Assembly (NCBI GenBank): GCA_017428115.1
Contig: JAFRRK010000052.1
Span: 884-64,883, forward strand
Reading direction: 5' to 3'
Source of the DNA: Bacteroidales bacterium
Lineage (GTDB): Bacteria > Bacteroidota > Bacteroidia > Bacteroidales > P3
Length of the DNA stretch: 64,000 nt
Below, piece by piece: positions 25,530-35,681 of this stretch (the stretch's first letter is position 1; every line of letters begins with the position of its first letter). The position numbers and the translations under genes were made by a program. The notes under the pieces are model-generated. The model was given only the letters and a program-made list of their open reading frames with translations. It had not been told where the DNA came from and made no database searches.

Positions 25530-26078
25530 TTATTTATCTAACAATTGTTTCAATGCGTCCCAGCGCGGATCGTTCTCTCTCTCATCATGTGCGCCTTCGA
25601 CGTCTCTCCCATCACTCTCACCATAGTCTGTCACCCCATCTGCAATGTACTGCAGCATCTCTGGGTCGCATTCACCCTCAGCATGCACTTTTTGTATTGG
25701 CATTCTCACCGCCACATACTCATACATCCATTGGGCCAAATCTATCTGGTAAGCACCCTCGGGAAGATACACCACATTCTCGTCCTCGCTCGTCTCCGTG
25801 TCGCTGAACTTCACACACAAATGCTCCACTCCTTCCACCGGCACATCCATCTCCCCTAGGCATCGATCGCATGTTGTCTTTACCACTCCCCGAAAGGTAA
25901 AAGTAAACATCAACATACGCTCCTTACGCTCCAAAACCACTGCAAAATCGACTTTTCCTTCCCTCAATTCTTCATTTTCATACCCCTCAAAGAAGGTTTT
26001 ATCCAGCACATAACCATACTCATATCTGCCTAATTTTAAACCACTAAACTGGACTATTGTATCGATTTTTGACCTCAT
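25530..26078 (-). CDS. YceD/DUF177 family protein
   Basis: Conserved position upstream of rpmF. 182 aa, acidic, with CDRCL...P pattern. Confidence 0.75.
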   Translation of the reverse strand: MRSKIDTIVQFSGLKLGRYEYGYVLDKTFFEGYENEELREGKVDFAVVLERKERMLMFTFTFRGVVKTTCDRCLGEMDVPVEGVEHLCVKFSDTETSEDENVVYLPEGAYQIDLAQWMYEYVAVRMPIQKVHAEGECDPEMLQYIADGVTDYGESDGRDVEGAHDERENDPRWDALKQLLDK

Positions 26079-26150
26079 CTATACACTCTTATTGAGTTTG
26101 CAAAGATACGACTATTTTTCAAAATAGCAAAAAAATAATTCGTTATCAAC

Positions 26151-26185
26151 AAAAAAAACTTTGCCGTCGTCGCGACAGCAAAGTC
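26151..26185 (-). terminator. rho-independent terminator after the mutase gene
   Basis: The minus strand shows the hairpin ACTTTGCTGTCG-cga-CGACGGCAAAGT followed by T7. Confidence 0.65.
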
Positions 26186-26212
26186 TATGAAAAACCAAAC
26201 ATCTCTGTTTTC

Positions 26213-28366
26213 TTATTTACGTGCGGCCAACAGCAGCTCCATCATCTTGATGGCACTTTCGCTGATAACCGTGCCAGGGCCGAAGATGCACGCCGCACCC
26301 GACTCAAAGAGGAAGTCATAGTCCTGCGGGGGAATGACACCGCCCACAACCACCATAATATCCTCTCTACCAAGCTTCTTCAGCTCCTCTATCACCTGTG
26401 GCACCAATGTCTTGTGACCTGCCGCCAAAGAACTTACGCCCAAGATGTGAACATCATTTTCCACTGCCTGTTTGGCAGCCTCTGCCGGAGTCTGGAACAA
26501 GGGGCCCATATCCACGTCAAAGCCCAAGTCGGCATACCCCGTAGCCACCACCTTGGCACCACGATCATGCCCATCCTGGCCCATCTTAGCCACCATAATT
26601 CTCGGGCGACGACCTTCCAACTTAGCAAACTCGTCGGTCAATGCCTGAGCTTTCTTAAAGCTGTCGCTATCTTTTGTCTGCGTACTATACACGTTGCTGA
26701 TAAGATTGATTTTTGCTTTGTAACGTCCATACACCTTCTCCAAGGCATAGCTTATCTCACCCAAAGAGGCACGCTTACGTGCCGCGTCAATCGACAGCTC
26801 AAGCAGGTTGCCTTTGCCACTCCTGGCGCACTCCGTGAGCGCATCCAACGCAGCCTGCACCTCTTCGCTGTTACGCTCGGCGCGCAGTTTGGCCAAACGC
26901 TCTATCTGAGCCTTGCGCACTGCGGTATTGTCCACCTCCAAAGTCTCAATAGGATCCTCGTGGTCCAAGCGATACTTGTTGATACCCACAATGGTGTCCA
27001 CATTGCTGTCGATACGGCTCTGCTTTCTGGCACTAGCCTCCTCAATACGCATCTTAGGCACTCCGCTCTCGATAGCCTTAGCCATACCGCCCAGACTCTC
27101 CACCTCCTGGATATGAGCCCAGGCACGGTGTGCCAGCTCATGCGTCAGGCTCTCCACATAATAGCTTCCTGCCCATGGGTCAACCACACGGCATATATTC
27201 GTCTCTTCCTGCAGATAAATCTGCGTATTACGGGCAATACGCGCACTGAAATCTGTAGGCAGAGCTATAGCCTCGTCCAATGCATTAGTATGCAGGCTCT
27301 GCGTATGGCCCAAAGCTGCGCCCATTGCCTCAATGCAGGTGCGGGCCACATTGTTGAACGGATCCTGCTCAGTCAGCGACCAACCCGAAGTCTGGCTATG
27401 CGTACGCAGTGCCAACGATTTCGGATTCTTCGGGTTAAACTGATTTACAATCTTGGCCCACAACATACGTGCCGCCCTCATCTTAGCTATCTCCATAAAG
27501 TGGTTCATGCCCACTCCCCAGAAAAAGCTCAACCGCGGTGCGAAATCGTCCACGCTCATACCGGCATTGATACCCGCACGCAGATACTCCAGTCCGTCGG
27601 CCAGTGTATATGCCAGCTCAATATCGGCTGTCGCACCCGCCTCCTGCATATGGTAGCCCGAAATCGAAATACTATTAAACTTCGGCATATGCTTCGACGT
27701 ATACTCAAAGATATCCGCTATAATCTTCATCGAAGGCAACGGCGGGTAGATATAGGTATTCCTCACCATAAACTCCTTCAAGATATCGTTCTGTATCGTA
27801 CCCTGCAGCTGCTCCTGCGGCACTCCCTGCTCCTCGGCGGCAATAATATAGAACGCCAAGATAGGCAGCACAGCGCCGTTCATCGTCATCGACACCGACA
27901 TCTTGCCCAAGTCAATCTGGTCAAACAATATCTTCATATCCAGAATGCTGTCCACAGCCACACCGGCCTTACCCACATCGCCCACCACACGCTCATGGTC
28001 CGAGTCGTAGCCCCTGTGCGTAGCCAGGTCAAACGCACAGCTCAAACCCTTTTGTCCTGCCGCGATATTACGACGGTAGAAAGCGTTCGATTCCTCAGCA
28101 GTAGAGAAACCGGCATACTGGCGTATAGTCCACGGGCGCATCACATACATCGTGCTATACGGCCCGCGCAGATACGGCGCAATACCGGCGGCATAATTCA
28201 GATGCTCCATGCCCGCCAAGTCATCCTTACCGTAGACAGGCTTCACATCAATCTGCTCGGGGGTCTTCCAGTTCTTCTGAATATCATTCTCTTTCTCCCA
28301 TTGTACAAAGGTTTCTTTGTTTTCCTTTGCCGAACGGAAGTCGACTTTTGAAAAATCAGGTCTCAT
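26213..28366 (-). CDS. mutB: methylmalonyl-CoA mutase, large (catalytic, B12-binding) subunit
   Basis: 717 aa. Mutase TIM-barrel motifs are present ([18 protein letters not shown]) with a C-terminal B12-binding DxHxxG ([10 protein letters not shown]). Confidence 0.9.
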   Translation of the reverse strand: MRPDFSKVDFRSAKENKETFVQWEKENDIQKNWKTPEQIDVKPVYGKDDLAGMEHLNYAAGIAPYLRGPYSTMYVMRPWTIRQYAGFSTAEESNAFYRRNIAAGQKGLSCAFDLATHRGYDSDHERVVGDVGKAGVAVDSILDMKILFDQIDLGKMSVSMTMNGAVLPILAFYIIAAEEQGVPQEQLQGTIQNDILKEFMVRNTYIYPPLPSMKIIADIFEYTSKHMPKFNSISISGYHMQEAGATADIELAYTLADGLEYLRAGINAGMSVDDFAPRLSFFWGVGMNHFMEIAKMRAARMLWAKIVNQFNPKNPKSLALRTHSQTSGWSLTEQDPFNNVARTCIEAMGAALGHTQSLHTNALDEAIALPTDFSARIARNTQIYLQEETNICRVVDPWAGSYYVESLTHELAHRAWAHIQEVESLGGMAKAIESGVPKMRIEEASARKQSRIDSNVDTIVGINKYRLDHEDPIETLEVDNTAVRKAQIERLAKLRAERNSEEVQAALDALTECARSGKGNLLELSIDAARKRASLGEISYALEKVYGRYKAKINLISNVYSTQTKDSDSFKKAQALTDEFAKLEGRRPRIMVAKMGQDGHDRGAKVVATGYADLGFDVDMGPLFQTPAEAAKQAVENDVHILGVSSLAAGHKTLVPQVIEELKKLGREDIMVVVGGVIPPQDYDFLFESGAACIFGPGTVISESAIKMMELLLAARK

Positions 28367-28449
28367 TATCAATCTTTTATATTAATATTCACACTTTACT
28401 ATGAGTTGCAAATATACCCATTTTTTTTAATATATCAATCTTTTTTCTC

Positions 28450-29148
28450 TCAATTCTCCCTGCTCAAGAGCGACAGCAGGCGGATAAACAGGTTGATAAT
28501 GTCTAGGTATATATCCAGCGCACAATCCACCGCGTTGTCGATGGTCTTAGGATACATCTGCGACTTGGCAATATCATACCCTATATATCCCGAAAAGATA
28601 ATCACAAACAGCCAGTCGAATGCCGCACCCCTATACCCCAGCAGGAACGTAGCCACCAGCTCGGCCACAAGGCCCACTAACAGTGCAACAAACAAAGTCT
28701 TTCCTAAGCCCAAAAACAGCTGCGGGCGTATCAGCCCAAGCAGTATCATCGTGGCAGTGACGATGCCCGTCAAAAGCAACGCCTTAGTCACAATAGCCAC
28801 CGGCAACCACGGCACTATCATACACAGCACCACCCCCATAGGCAGCACCAACAAATTGAATCCCAAGAAACTAATCCACGGATTGGACGATTTCACCGAA
28901 ATAGCAATGCCGGCAATAGCCAACACCAGATAGCCCACCAGCAACACCCACGGCTTCACACCTGCCAGCGCGGTAGTGATAGGCACAGCCAGATAGGCCA
29001 CCATCAAGGCGTTCACCAGGAACCCCCATAGCAATGTGCCGCACATCACGGCATTGTACGTCCGGACATCCACCTGGTCGGCAACGCCCGAATTAAGTCT
29101 TTCCTCCTTGCGGCTGTCGAAAACAGCCAGCGACGATGTTTGTGCCAT
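28450..29148 (-). CDS. Bax inhibitor-1/YccA family membrane protein
   Basis: Seven hydrophobic helices and the characteristic C-terminus ALDIYLDIINLFIRLLSLL. Confidence 0.75.
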   Translation of the reverse strand: MAQTSSLAVFDSRKEERLNSGVADQVDVRTYNAVMCGTLLWGFLVNALMVAYLAVPITTALAGVKPWVLLVGYLVLAIAGIAISVKSSNPWISFLGFNLLVLPMGVVLCMIVPWLPVAIVTKALLLTGIVTATMILLGLIRPQLFLGLGKTLFVALLVGLVAELVATFLLGYRGAAFDWLFVIIFSGYIGYDIAKSQMYPKTIDNAVDCALDIYLDIINLFIRLLSLLSREN

Positions 29149-29178
29149 AATCTATATGTTTTAATCAACTAATTTGTT

Positions 29179-29748
29179 TCAACCCTCACCACCATTCAGC
29201 TCCTCAGCCATAGCGAAATACCTCTTTGCCAGCTCCTCATCGCCCATGTCGCGATAGGCGCAGCCCAGATAATAGGCCGCGGCATAGTCCTCCTCGTCCT
29301 CTTCCAATGCCTTCAGATAGCACTGCACGGCCTCCTCATAGCGGTGCATATTGCCATACACCACACCCTTCTGGCACTGCACGCCGTAATACTCAGGCAT
29401 CAGCTCCAACACACGGTCGAAAGCACTCAGGGCCTTCTCAAACAGCGCATACGCCGCCGCTGCCTCCACCTTCAGCTCAGCCTCGTCACCCTCGTCCATA
29501 TCGGGGTGCTGCTCCAAATAATCCAGCCTAGCCCGCTCCAACGACATGTCTATATACTGCAGCCCCGACTGGTTGTAAGCCAGTCCCAAATCAAACCACA
29601 TCTCCACATCGTCCGACCCACGTTGCAGCTCCTTATCAATACGTTGCACATCGGCATTGCCCAACTCGCTAAGCTTTCTTAGATTCTCGTCGAGCATCTT
29701 TATCATCGAAGGTCTGTCAAGTAAATCCATCTTGGAAAATTTTTGCAA
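29179..29748 (-). CDS. tetratricopeptide repeat protein
   Basis: TPR-like repeats (WFDLGLAYNQSG, GVVYGNMHRYEEAVQCYLKALE, YYLGCAYRDMGDEELAKRYF). The start could be an internal Met. Confidence 0.7.
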   Translation of the reverse strand: MQKFSKMDLLDRPSMIKMLDENLRKLSELGNADVQRIDKELQRGSDDVEMWFDLGLAYNQSGLQYIDMSLERARLDYLEQHPDMDEGDEAELKVEAAAAYALFEKALSAFDRVLELMPEYYGVQCQKGVVYGNMHRYEEAVQCYLKALEEDEEDYAAAYYLGCAYRDMGDEELAKRYFAMAEELNGGEG

Positions 29749-30095
29749 ATGTACACAAAAAAATCGAATTATCGCCCTGCCTTACAAAAAAAAATAGCAA
29801 CGCCCGCCACTCTTGCCGTCGCCACTCCATCGCTACGGTGCTCAAAACGGCATCTTCCTCGTCCCCCATATCAACCTTCATCATACACGCATTCAACCAT
29901 TTGACCACTATTTGCCAGTCATCCGCCAATTGCTTCCCAACTGTTTACCGACAGCGAATCTGAAAGCGAACAACAGCCAGTAGCAATCCGCTCTTTAAGG
30001 TAAGGAAGGCTCAAAAATAGTAGGACTCAATTGTGGCGTCACTGAGTCCTCTGCTTTTACGGGAGCTATCCGTGTCGCTGACGAACGTCCATCGG

Positions 30096-30775
30096 GTTGG
30101 CAAGTATTATCAGGCTTGCATTCTGAGTCTTTTTTAGCCATACGTATTGTTTTCCTTTTCACGGTCGTCGGTCGGGTTGTTTGGTGGTGGAGGCTACCTG
30201 CCTTGTTCATGTCTTCGCCCTGTTTTCGTCTCCGGAAACGAAGGCACGACGAAGGCACGGCGAAGGCATGGCATGTGATTGAGGTGAGTGCTGAAGTCCG
30301 CCTGATATAATTATACCTAAAAAGTAAAAAAAATTAGGGTGCCACTTTTAGAAATAAAAAAAGTGGCACAAGGTTGTGCAAAGCGGAGAGCAAAGAAATC
30401 CACCACTTTCTTTGTCGAGCCAAAGCAACGTCGCGAAGTAAAGTGGGAGATGATGACGATGACAATGACAATAGGGATACATGCATGTACCTCCCCCAGA
30501 GGGACAGACTAGAACAGCCGGGTTGGCAACCCACTGATTTTTATCGCAAATGATTAAGTAATGGTTAACTATAAAGGCTCGGAGATCCTTACTCTCAATA
30601 ACCCCGCACGAAGTGTGGGGGCGTTGGATGGCAAGCTACGGGCGTTTCGTAGAAACGCGCTCTCAATAGTTATCATAGTTTCGCCTTGTTATTACACCTT
30701 CACTAAGAAACAGTTTTGTTTGTAAAACGAAAAATCATGTCACTCATTGAAGAAAAATGGCTTGTCAAACTTTAT
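30096..30775 (-). repeat. intergenic repeat family, copy B (inverted relative to A, with a ~158-nt extra segment)
   Basis: Its reverse complement aligns with 12540-13046 end to end. The segment 30545-30702 has no counterpart in copy A. Confidence 0.75.
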
Positions 30776-30795
30776 ATTTAATTGGTTTCTAACCA

Positions 30796-31626
30796 TTAGA
30801 GGTACGTCTTAACGCTGCCATAGTCCATGTCGTCCACCAGCAGACGGCCTTTGGTAGCGTGGCCCAGAAAGCAGCAGTTGATGCGGGCCTCGCCCATTTT
30901 GAGGAGGAAGAGGTCGTCCTGGCTCTCGGGCAACGACACCACGTAGCGGCCACGTTCTTCGCCAAAGAGGAAGGCGTCGAGCCGTATTTCGCGACAGGTG
31001 AGGATGTCGAAGCCCACGGGAGGTGTTTGCTGTGTGGGGCGGCAGCATGCCACCAAGGTGGCAAACAGGCCGCCTTGTCCGACGGCACGTGCCGTGGTGA
31101 TGATGGAGGCATCGAGGAGGCTGCCCAGTATCAGTTCGAGATAGTCGATGTCCTCCTCGACGGTGGTCATTTTCATTGGCTCGGCCACAATATGCAGGCA
31201 GCGGCGGGCATATTCAGAATCGAGGAAGTCGGTGCTGACATTGCCCACCATGTAGAGGTTCTCGCCCCGCGAAATACAGGGGTTGCCACCCTCCAGGGGT
31301 GGGGCTGGAACTACCTCTGCCACCAGTTGTTGTGCCAGGGCTATGCAGTCCTTCACACGCGGCTCGCGAACGTCCTTGTGGGTGGTGTCGGAGCCGGTAT
31401 AGAGGTATTCGTGTTTCTCCACCACATGGTGCTGCCCTTTGAGCCAGCCATAGAGGCTCTGCTGGCGGCCGTTGGCCTCCCACATGGCGAGGAGGGTACT
31501 CAATTCCTCGACCGTGGGCATACGGCCTATGATGCTCTGCACCTCCTCGAAAGCAGGCTGGCTGATGCCCATGGCCTCGACAATCTCGGCCGTGAGGAAC
31601 TCTTCGTTATGTACATTTTGTTCCAT
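30796..31626 (-). CDS. PurL/AIR-synthase-related protein (short, degenerate)
   Basis: The N-terminus GISQPAFEEVQSIIGRMPTVEELSTLLAMWE resembles the PurL N-terminal linker. The usual SEHCSYK motif is replaced by EANGRQQS. Confidence 0.45.
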   Translation of the reverse strand: MEQNVHNEEFLTAEIVEAMGISQPAFEEVQSIIGRMPTVEELSTLLAMWEANGRQQSLYGWLKGQHHVVEKHEYLYTGSDTTHKDVREPRVKDCIALAQQLVAEVVPAPPLEGGNPCISRGENLYMVGNVSTDFLDSEYARRCLHIVAEPMKMTTVEEDIDYLELILGSLLDASIITTARAVGQGGLFATLVACCRPTQQTPPVGFDILTCREIRLDAFLFGEERGRYVVSLPESQDDLFLLKMGEARINCCFLGHATKGRLLVDDMDYGSVKTYL

Positions 31627-31804
31627 GCGGCATTATTAACGCTCCTTGGCCTGTTTTATTGCATTGGGCAAGCACGACAGAGAAATGGCTCACGTTGTCA
31701 TCTACACGACATTGCATGTAAAGTGAGGATTTATTTTCCAACTGTTACAATAAAAAGGATGAAAATGCGTTTTGGGAGTGCAATAGATAAACAAGTACGT
31801 ACAC

Positions 31805-33316
31805 ATGAAAAAACATCTGTCACTGCTAGCAGCCGCGCTGCTATTTTCACTATCTGTAATGGCACAGGCCGATAAGGCCAAGTTTTTTATCGAAGGCCAG
31901 ATAGCCACTCCCACTAAGAGCGGACAGCCGTGGAAGTTGTATAATATCAGGAGCCAGGGCATCACGTTTACTGACAGCGACACCATATACGGTCACGACA
32001 CCGACAAGGGTGTGCAGCTGGTGTTTGACCATGCGGCGACGACGCATCCTCAGGGGTTTGGCTGCGGGCTGAAGTTTTACCGCTGGCAGAACAATAGCGG
32101 CCGTTGGCAGGTGGACAGCGAGGTGGAGAATGCCGAGGCGGCATATACGCAGCAGAAGGTGATGAGCATTATGCTGGTGCTGGACTGCTCGTCGTCAATA
32201 GGTGACGCGGATTTTGTAAAGCTGAAGAATGCGGCAAAGCAGTTTATTGATGTGATTGTGGACAAGTCGAGCGACGGGAATGTGCATATCGGCATCGTTG
32301 GCTTCAACTCGATGAAGAATACCAAGACATTCGACATCCGCCCGCTGACTAAGGAGACGAAGAAGGAGATGTATCAGTTTATCGACACACTGAAGTTGAA
32401 CAACCGGACCGCATTTTACTATGCCATCAACCAGGGGTTGGACAACATAAAGAAGTATGTGGGGAAGTTGAGGATAGACAAGGATAAGAAGTATGACGGC
32501 AACTTTGTGATTGCGTTTACTGACGGGTACGACAACGATTCGTTTGACCCCAAGATTGGCAAGGCGGCAGAGGGTACGGAACATCGCTATTTTCAGCATG
32601 TGAACCAGCGGATTTTGAAGGAGAAGATAGGCGGAGCACCTATCGAGAGCTATGTGCTGGCCATCAGGGGCAACGATGTAGACAGGACGAACACTGATTT
32701 TGAGCGTGTGCTGGGGGCTTTATCACACAATTCGAATGGCGACAAGTTTTACCAACTGTCGAATTTCGACAAGTTGCAGGCAGCTTTTGAGGAGATTGGC
32801 ACAAACCTTATTAATAAGTGGCAGAGCATATATTGCTATATTCCACGGGGCTACGACGGCAGGGTGAGGTGGACCATTGAGTGTGGCGATGTGGCGAGGA
32901 AGTTTTTTATGGGTGTGACCGGCAACCTAGGAGGACTGAAGTATCCGCTGCGCTATAACGAGCTGACACGGCAATATTATAGTGAGGACGGCGGCATTAT
33001 TCTGGCGGCAGGGCTGGACATGACGTTCCCTATCACCAACTTGATATCTGTGGGTGGATATGTGGAGCTGAACGTGTCGAACGGTGTGGGGTTTGGTTTT
33101 ACACCTGAGGTTGCGTTTACGTTCCCGAACAATAGTGCCATTTTGCTAGGCATAGGCTATCGCGGCACAGACCGCTTTAAAAGCAACGGTTTTCTGATGC
33201 GGGCGGGCTATAAGCACACAGGGCCATGGTATTTCACGGCATCCTATTCCGTGGGCTACGGCAACACGTTTATGGTGGGCGTTGGCTACACGATATGGGG
33301 GAGAAAGTTGCAATAG
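31805..33316 (+). CDS. secreted von Willebrand factor A (VWA) domain protein with a beta-barrel-like C-terminus
   Basis: Signal peptide. MIDAS motif is LDCSSS, followed by IGIVGFNS ... FTDGYDN. The C-terminal ~130 aa shows alternating Gly/aromatic beta-strand patterns. Confidence 0.75.
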   Translation: MKKHLSLLAAALLFSLSVMAQADKAKFFIEGQIATPTKSGQPWKLYNIRSQGITFTDSDTIYGHDTDKGVQLVFDHAATTHPQGFGCGLKFYRWQNNSGRWQVDSEVENAEAAYTQQKVMSIMLVLDCSSSIGDADFVKLKNAAKQFIDVIVDKSSDGNVHIGIVGFNSMKNTKTFDIRPLTKETKKEMYQFIDTLKLNNRTAFYYAINQGLDNIKKYVGKLRIDKDKKYDGNFVIAFTDGYDNDSFDPKIGKAAEGTEHRYFQHVNQRILKEKIGGAPIESYVLAIRGNDVDRTNTDFERVLGALSHNSNGDKFYQLSNFDKLQAAFEEIGTNLINKWQSIYCYIPRGYDGRVRWTIECGDVARKFFMGVTGNLGGLKYPLRYNELTRQYYSEDGGIILAAGLDMTFPITNLISVGGYVELNVSNGVGFGFTPEVAFTFPNNSAILLGIGYRGTDRFKSNGFLMRAGYKHTGPWYFTASYSVGYGNTFMVGVGYTIWGRKLQ

Positions 33317-33360
33317 CGCATTGTTATGAACCAATACTATAAAGTGAAAAAAGAAACGAT

Positions 33361-33846
33361 ATGAATAAGCAGCCTTTTTTACATCGCACACCGGTTAAGA
33401 TAGCCTTGCTGACGGTATTGTTTGGCCTTATCATAGTGGTGGGGTTGATACCGCTGACGATAGTACTGGTAATGGACCAAACGCTGTTTATCCGCATACT
33501 GATAGCGGCGGCGGGCATAATATGGGCAATACTGACGGTGAATTATGTGTCGTTTAAGACGGACTATTTGAAGATGTGGAAACAGTGGCGCAGAGAGGTG
33601 CGCCACAACAGAATGAGACACAGCATAGAGCAGTATCCTGAGTATATGGCCCTAAGGGCGAAGTATCCAATGGCAGTGCGACGCTATGAGCAGCACAACC
33701 GCCACCGTGAGCATCCGTTGAGCAACAAGGAGATGGTGGAGAGGGCGCTGGCAGTGAGCGAAAAGGAGTGGGCGGCACGCGAAGAATTTCGCCGCCAAGC
33801 ACAAGAGGAGAAGTCGAGCTATTCCGAAGAGCATCGCCATATCTGA
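33361..33846 (+). CDS. hypothetical membrane protein with an Arg/His/Glu-rich tail
   Basis: Two TM helices followed by a charged helical tail. No family recognised. Confidence 0.5.
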   Translation: MNKQPFLHRTPVKIALLTVLFGLIIVVGLIPLTIVLVMDQTLFIRILIAAAGIIWAILTVNYVSFKTDYLKMWKQWRREVRHNRMRHSIEQYPEYMALRAKYPMAVRRYEQHNRHREHPLSNKEMVERALAVSEKEWAAREEFRRQAQEEKSSYSEEHRHI

Positions 33847-34028
33847 AGAATACGAGTATCTGGCAACACACTTAGAATTGAGAGTGTGTAGTGGTAGAAC
33901 AAACTATTATTGCATTTACGGAGCAACCACCCGTCGCCCACTTTCTGGGAGAGAGGGGGCGAGGAGCAACAGGTTAGCTTTATACGCTCTTAGGGAGCTT
34001 ACGGTATGCAAATCAACCGTCATGAAGT

Positions 34029-34059
34029 AAAAAAGCGGGTGTTATTGCCCGCTATTTTT
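34029..34059. terminator. bidirectional hairpin terminator
   Basis: A5-AGCGGG-tgttattg-CCCGCT-ATTTTT, lying between convergent genes. Confidence 0.45.
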
Positions 34060-34100
34060 GTTATCGGATGGATAATAGATACCCCTGTTGGGACGAGGTA

Positions 34101-35165
34101 TTATTCGTGGTCGTGGTTTTGGGAAGAGGGGAAGAGGAGGTGGTGGATATTGCCCCAAAGACGTTCGGGAGCTGTGGAGGGGAGGTAACGGTATAGCCAT
34201 CGACGCTGGCGGTTGCGCTGCATGCGCGTGCGGAAGCGTTGCAGGAGGGGAAGTCCTGCGGGTATGGGTTCAAGGTATTTCTTCTCAAGAATAAGCTCAC
34301 GCATGCGGCGGATATCGTCGGGGGGGAGGGAGCCTTTGATAAAGACATGGAAGTCGGCTCCGACGAATTCGCCTGCTAACGATGTGAGGATGTTAAAGGC
34401 GGGCAGCATGCCTATGCGGCGCATGAGGGCGCGACAGCTGGCGGGGTCGAGCTGGTCGGCGTTGGCACGTAGGAAGATGCCCCAGTCGATAATGTTGCGC
34501 AGGGGAAGTTTGAACTTGGCAGTGAGGTGGCAAACGGTGTGCATAAGGAGGTAGACGAGGTTGGCCATAGGGTCGAGGTAGCCTTCGGGTGAGACGCGGG
34601 AGAGAGAGGATAGGATGTAGCGTTCGGCACGTCGCTGCGAGATATAGTTAAGGTCGAGGAAGTGGAGGTGGTTTTCAACCTGCACGCCGTCAATGGTCAC
34701 TTCGGCATGTTTGCCATCGAGGGCAGCGTCAGGACAGCCGAGGAGGGCGTTGCCGCGCTGGTAGTTGTCGGTGTTGAGGGGTAGGAAAAAGATATCTATG
34801 TCGCCACAGGCACGGGAGCATGGTATGGGATAGTGGCGCGAAAGGCTCATTCCTTTGATGAGGCCAAGGCGCAGGCCTTGTTGGTCGGCGCGTTGACGCA
34901 ATAGGGCAAGCACTTGCGCTTGGTGTTGGTAATGGTAGTGGGTGCGCTCGGCTGAGAGGGACCAGCTGAGGGCTATGTCGCCTTGTGGCTGCTGGGCTGC
35001 GGGAAGCTGCTCGATAGCGTCGTTGATCATGGTGACTACGCCGTGCTTGCGGGCAAGCCAAAAGAGTTTCTCCCATTCCGAATCGTCGGCAGGCAGGAGG
35101 TCAGGGGGCGTAGCGTTGAGGGAGCTGCGCAGTAGGGCGAGCATCTGGCGGATAGTTGCATCCAT
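34101..35165 (-). CDS. nucleotidyltransferase family protein (NTP_transf_5-like)
   Basis: 354 aa with a GDIDIFF nucleotidyltransferase motif. The overall pattern matches what I recall for the uncharacterised-nucleotidyltransferase family. Confidence 0.6.
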   Translation of the reverse strand: MDATIRQMLALLRSSLNATPPDLLPADDSEWEKLFWLARKHGVVTMINDAIEQLPAAQQPQGDIALSWSLSAERTHYHYQHQAQVLALLRQRADQQGLRLGLIKGMSLSRHYPIPCSRACGDIDIFFLPLNTDNYQRGNALLGCPDAALDGKHAEVTIDGVQVENHLHFLDLNYISQRRAERYILSSLSRVSPEGYLDPMANLVYLLMHTVCHLTAKFKLPLRNIIDWGIFLRANADQLDPASCRALMRRIGMLPAFNILTSLAGEFVGADFHVFIKGSLPPDDIRRMRELILEKKYLEPIPAGLPLLQRFRTRMQRNRQRRWLYRYLPSTAPERLWGNIHHLLFPSSQNHDHE

Positions 35166-35195
35166 AGGGCGGGGCGTTGGGAAAGAGTGATGGGG

Positions 35196-35564
35196 TTAGA
35201 AGAAGGTGACTTTCCACTCGCGACCCTGTTTTACGCATGGGACGTTGAGCTCTGTTTCGTTGCTGTCGGTCTGGATGTTGTTGGCAGTGACCAAGCGTAG
35301 GTAGACGGTGGCGGTGGTGTCGCCATCGTCAATATTGGAGCCGAGGACCTCGTATTCATAGATAGTCATATCCATATTTTCCAACAGGTTGACCAGCTGG
35401 GTGCGCTCGGGCTCCTCTAGGTTGGTGTATGTAAGGGCCTTGGTGTAGTCGTGTTCCTGCGTGGCCTTGTAAAAGTAGTCGACCACTTGGTCGGGTGTTT
35501 TGCTGCCGCATGCCGCAACGAGGATGGCAAGGAGTGAGGCAAGAAGGATGGTGATTTTCTTCAT
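35196..35564 (-). CDS. small lipoprotein (DUF4878-like)
   Basis: Start trimmed to MKKITILLASLLAILVAACGS (lipobox). Confidence 0.6.
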   Translation of the reverse strand: MKKITILLASLLAILVAACGSKTPDQVVDYFYKATQEHDYTKALTYTNLEEPERTQLVNLLENMDMTIYEYEVLGSNIDDGDTTATVYLRLVTANNIQTDSNETELNVPCVKQGREWKVTFF

Positions 35565-35681
35565 GTTTGCAATCGTTGATGTGTTAATTCGAATTTGCAA
35601 AAATACAAAAAATAATCATAATAGTATGTTTTTTTTCTTTATGTCGAATTTTATTACTATTTTTGCACACTTTTTTGAAGT

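Noticed and set aside
26414-28351. 645-aa plus-strand ORF
   Set aside because: It lies entirely antisense to the well-supported methylmalonyl-CoA mutase gene, and its Arg/His/Leu-rich composition is typical of shadow ORFs. The same reasoning rejects 42270-43796 and 43504-44058 (antisense to pnp), 3014-3928 (antisense to the WYL gene), 10362-11000 (antisense to the AAA+ gene), 30859-31875, 15412-16326 and 58824-59708.
26213-28366. mutB without an adjacent mutA small subunit, considered as an anomaly
   Set aside because: Single-subunit (homodimeric, ScpA/Sbm-like) methylmalonyl-CoA mutases of this length exist, and mutA could lie elsewhere in the genome. This cannot be judged from one window.
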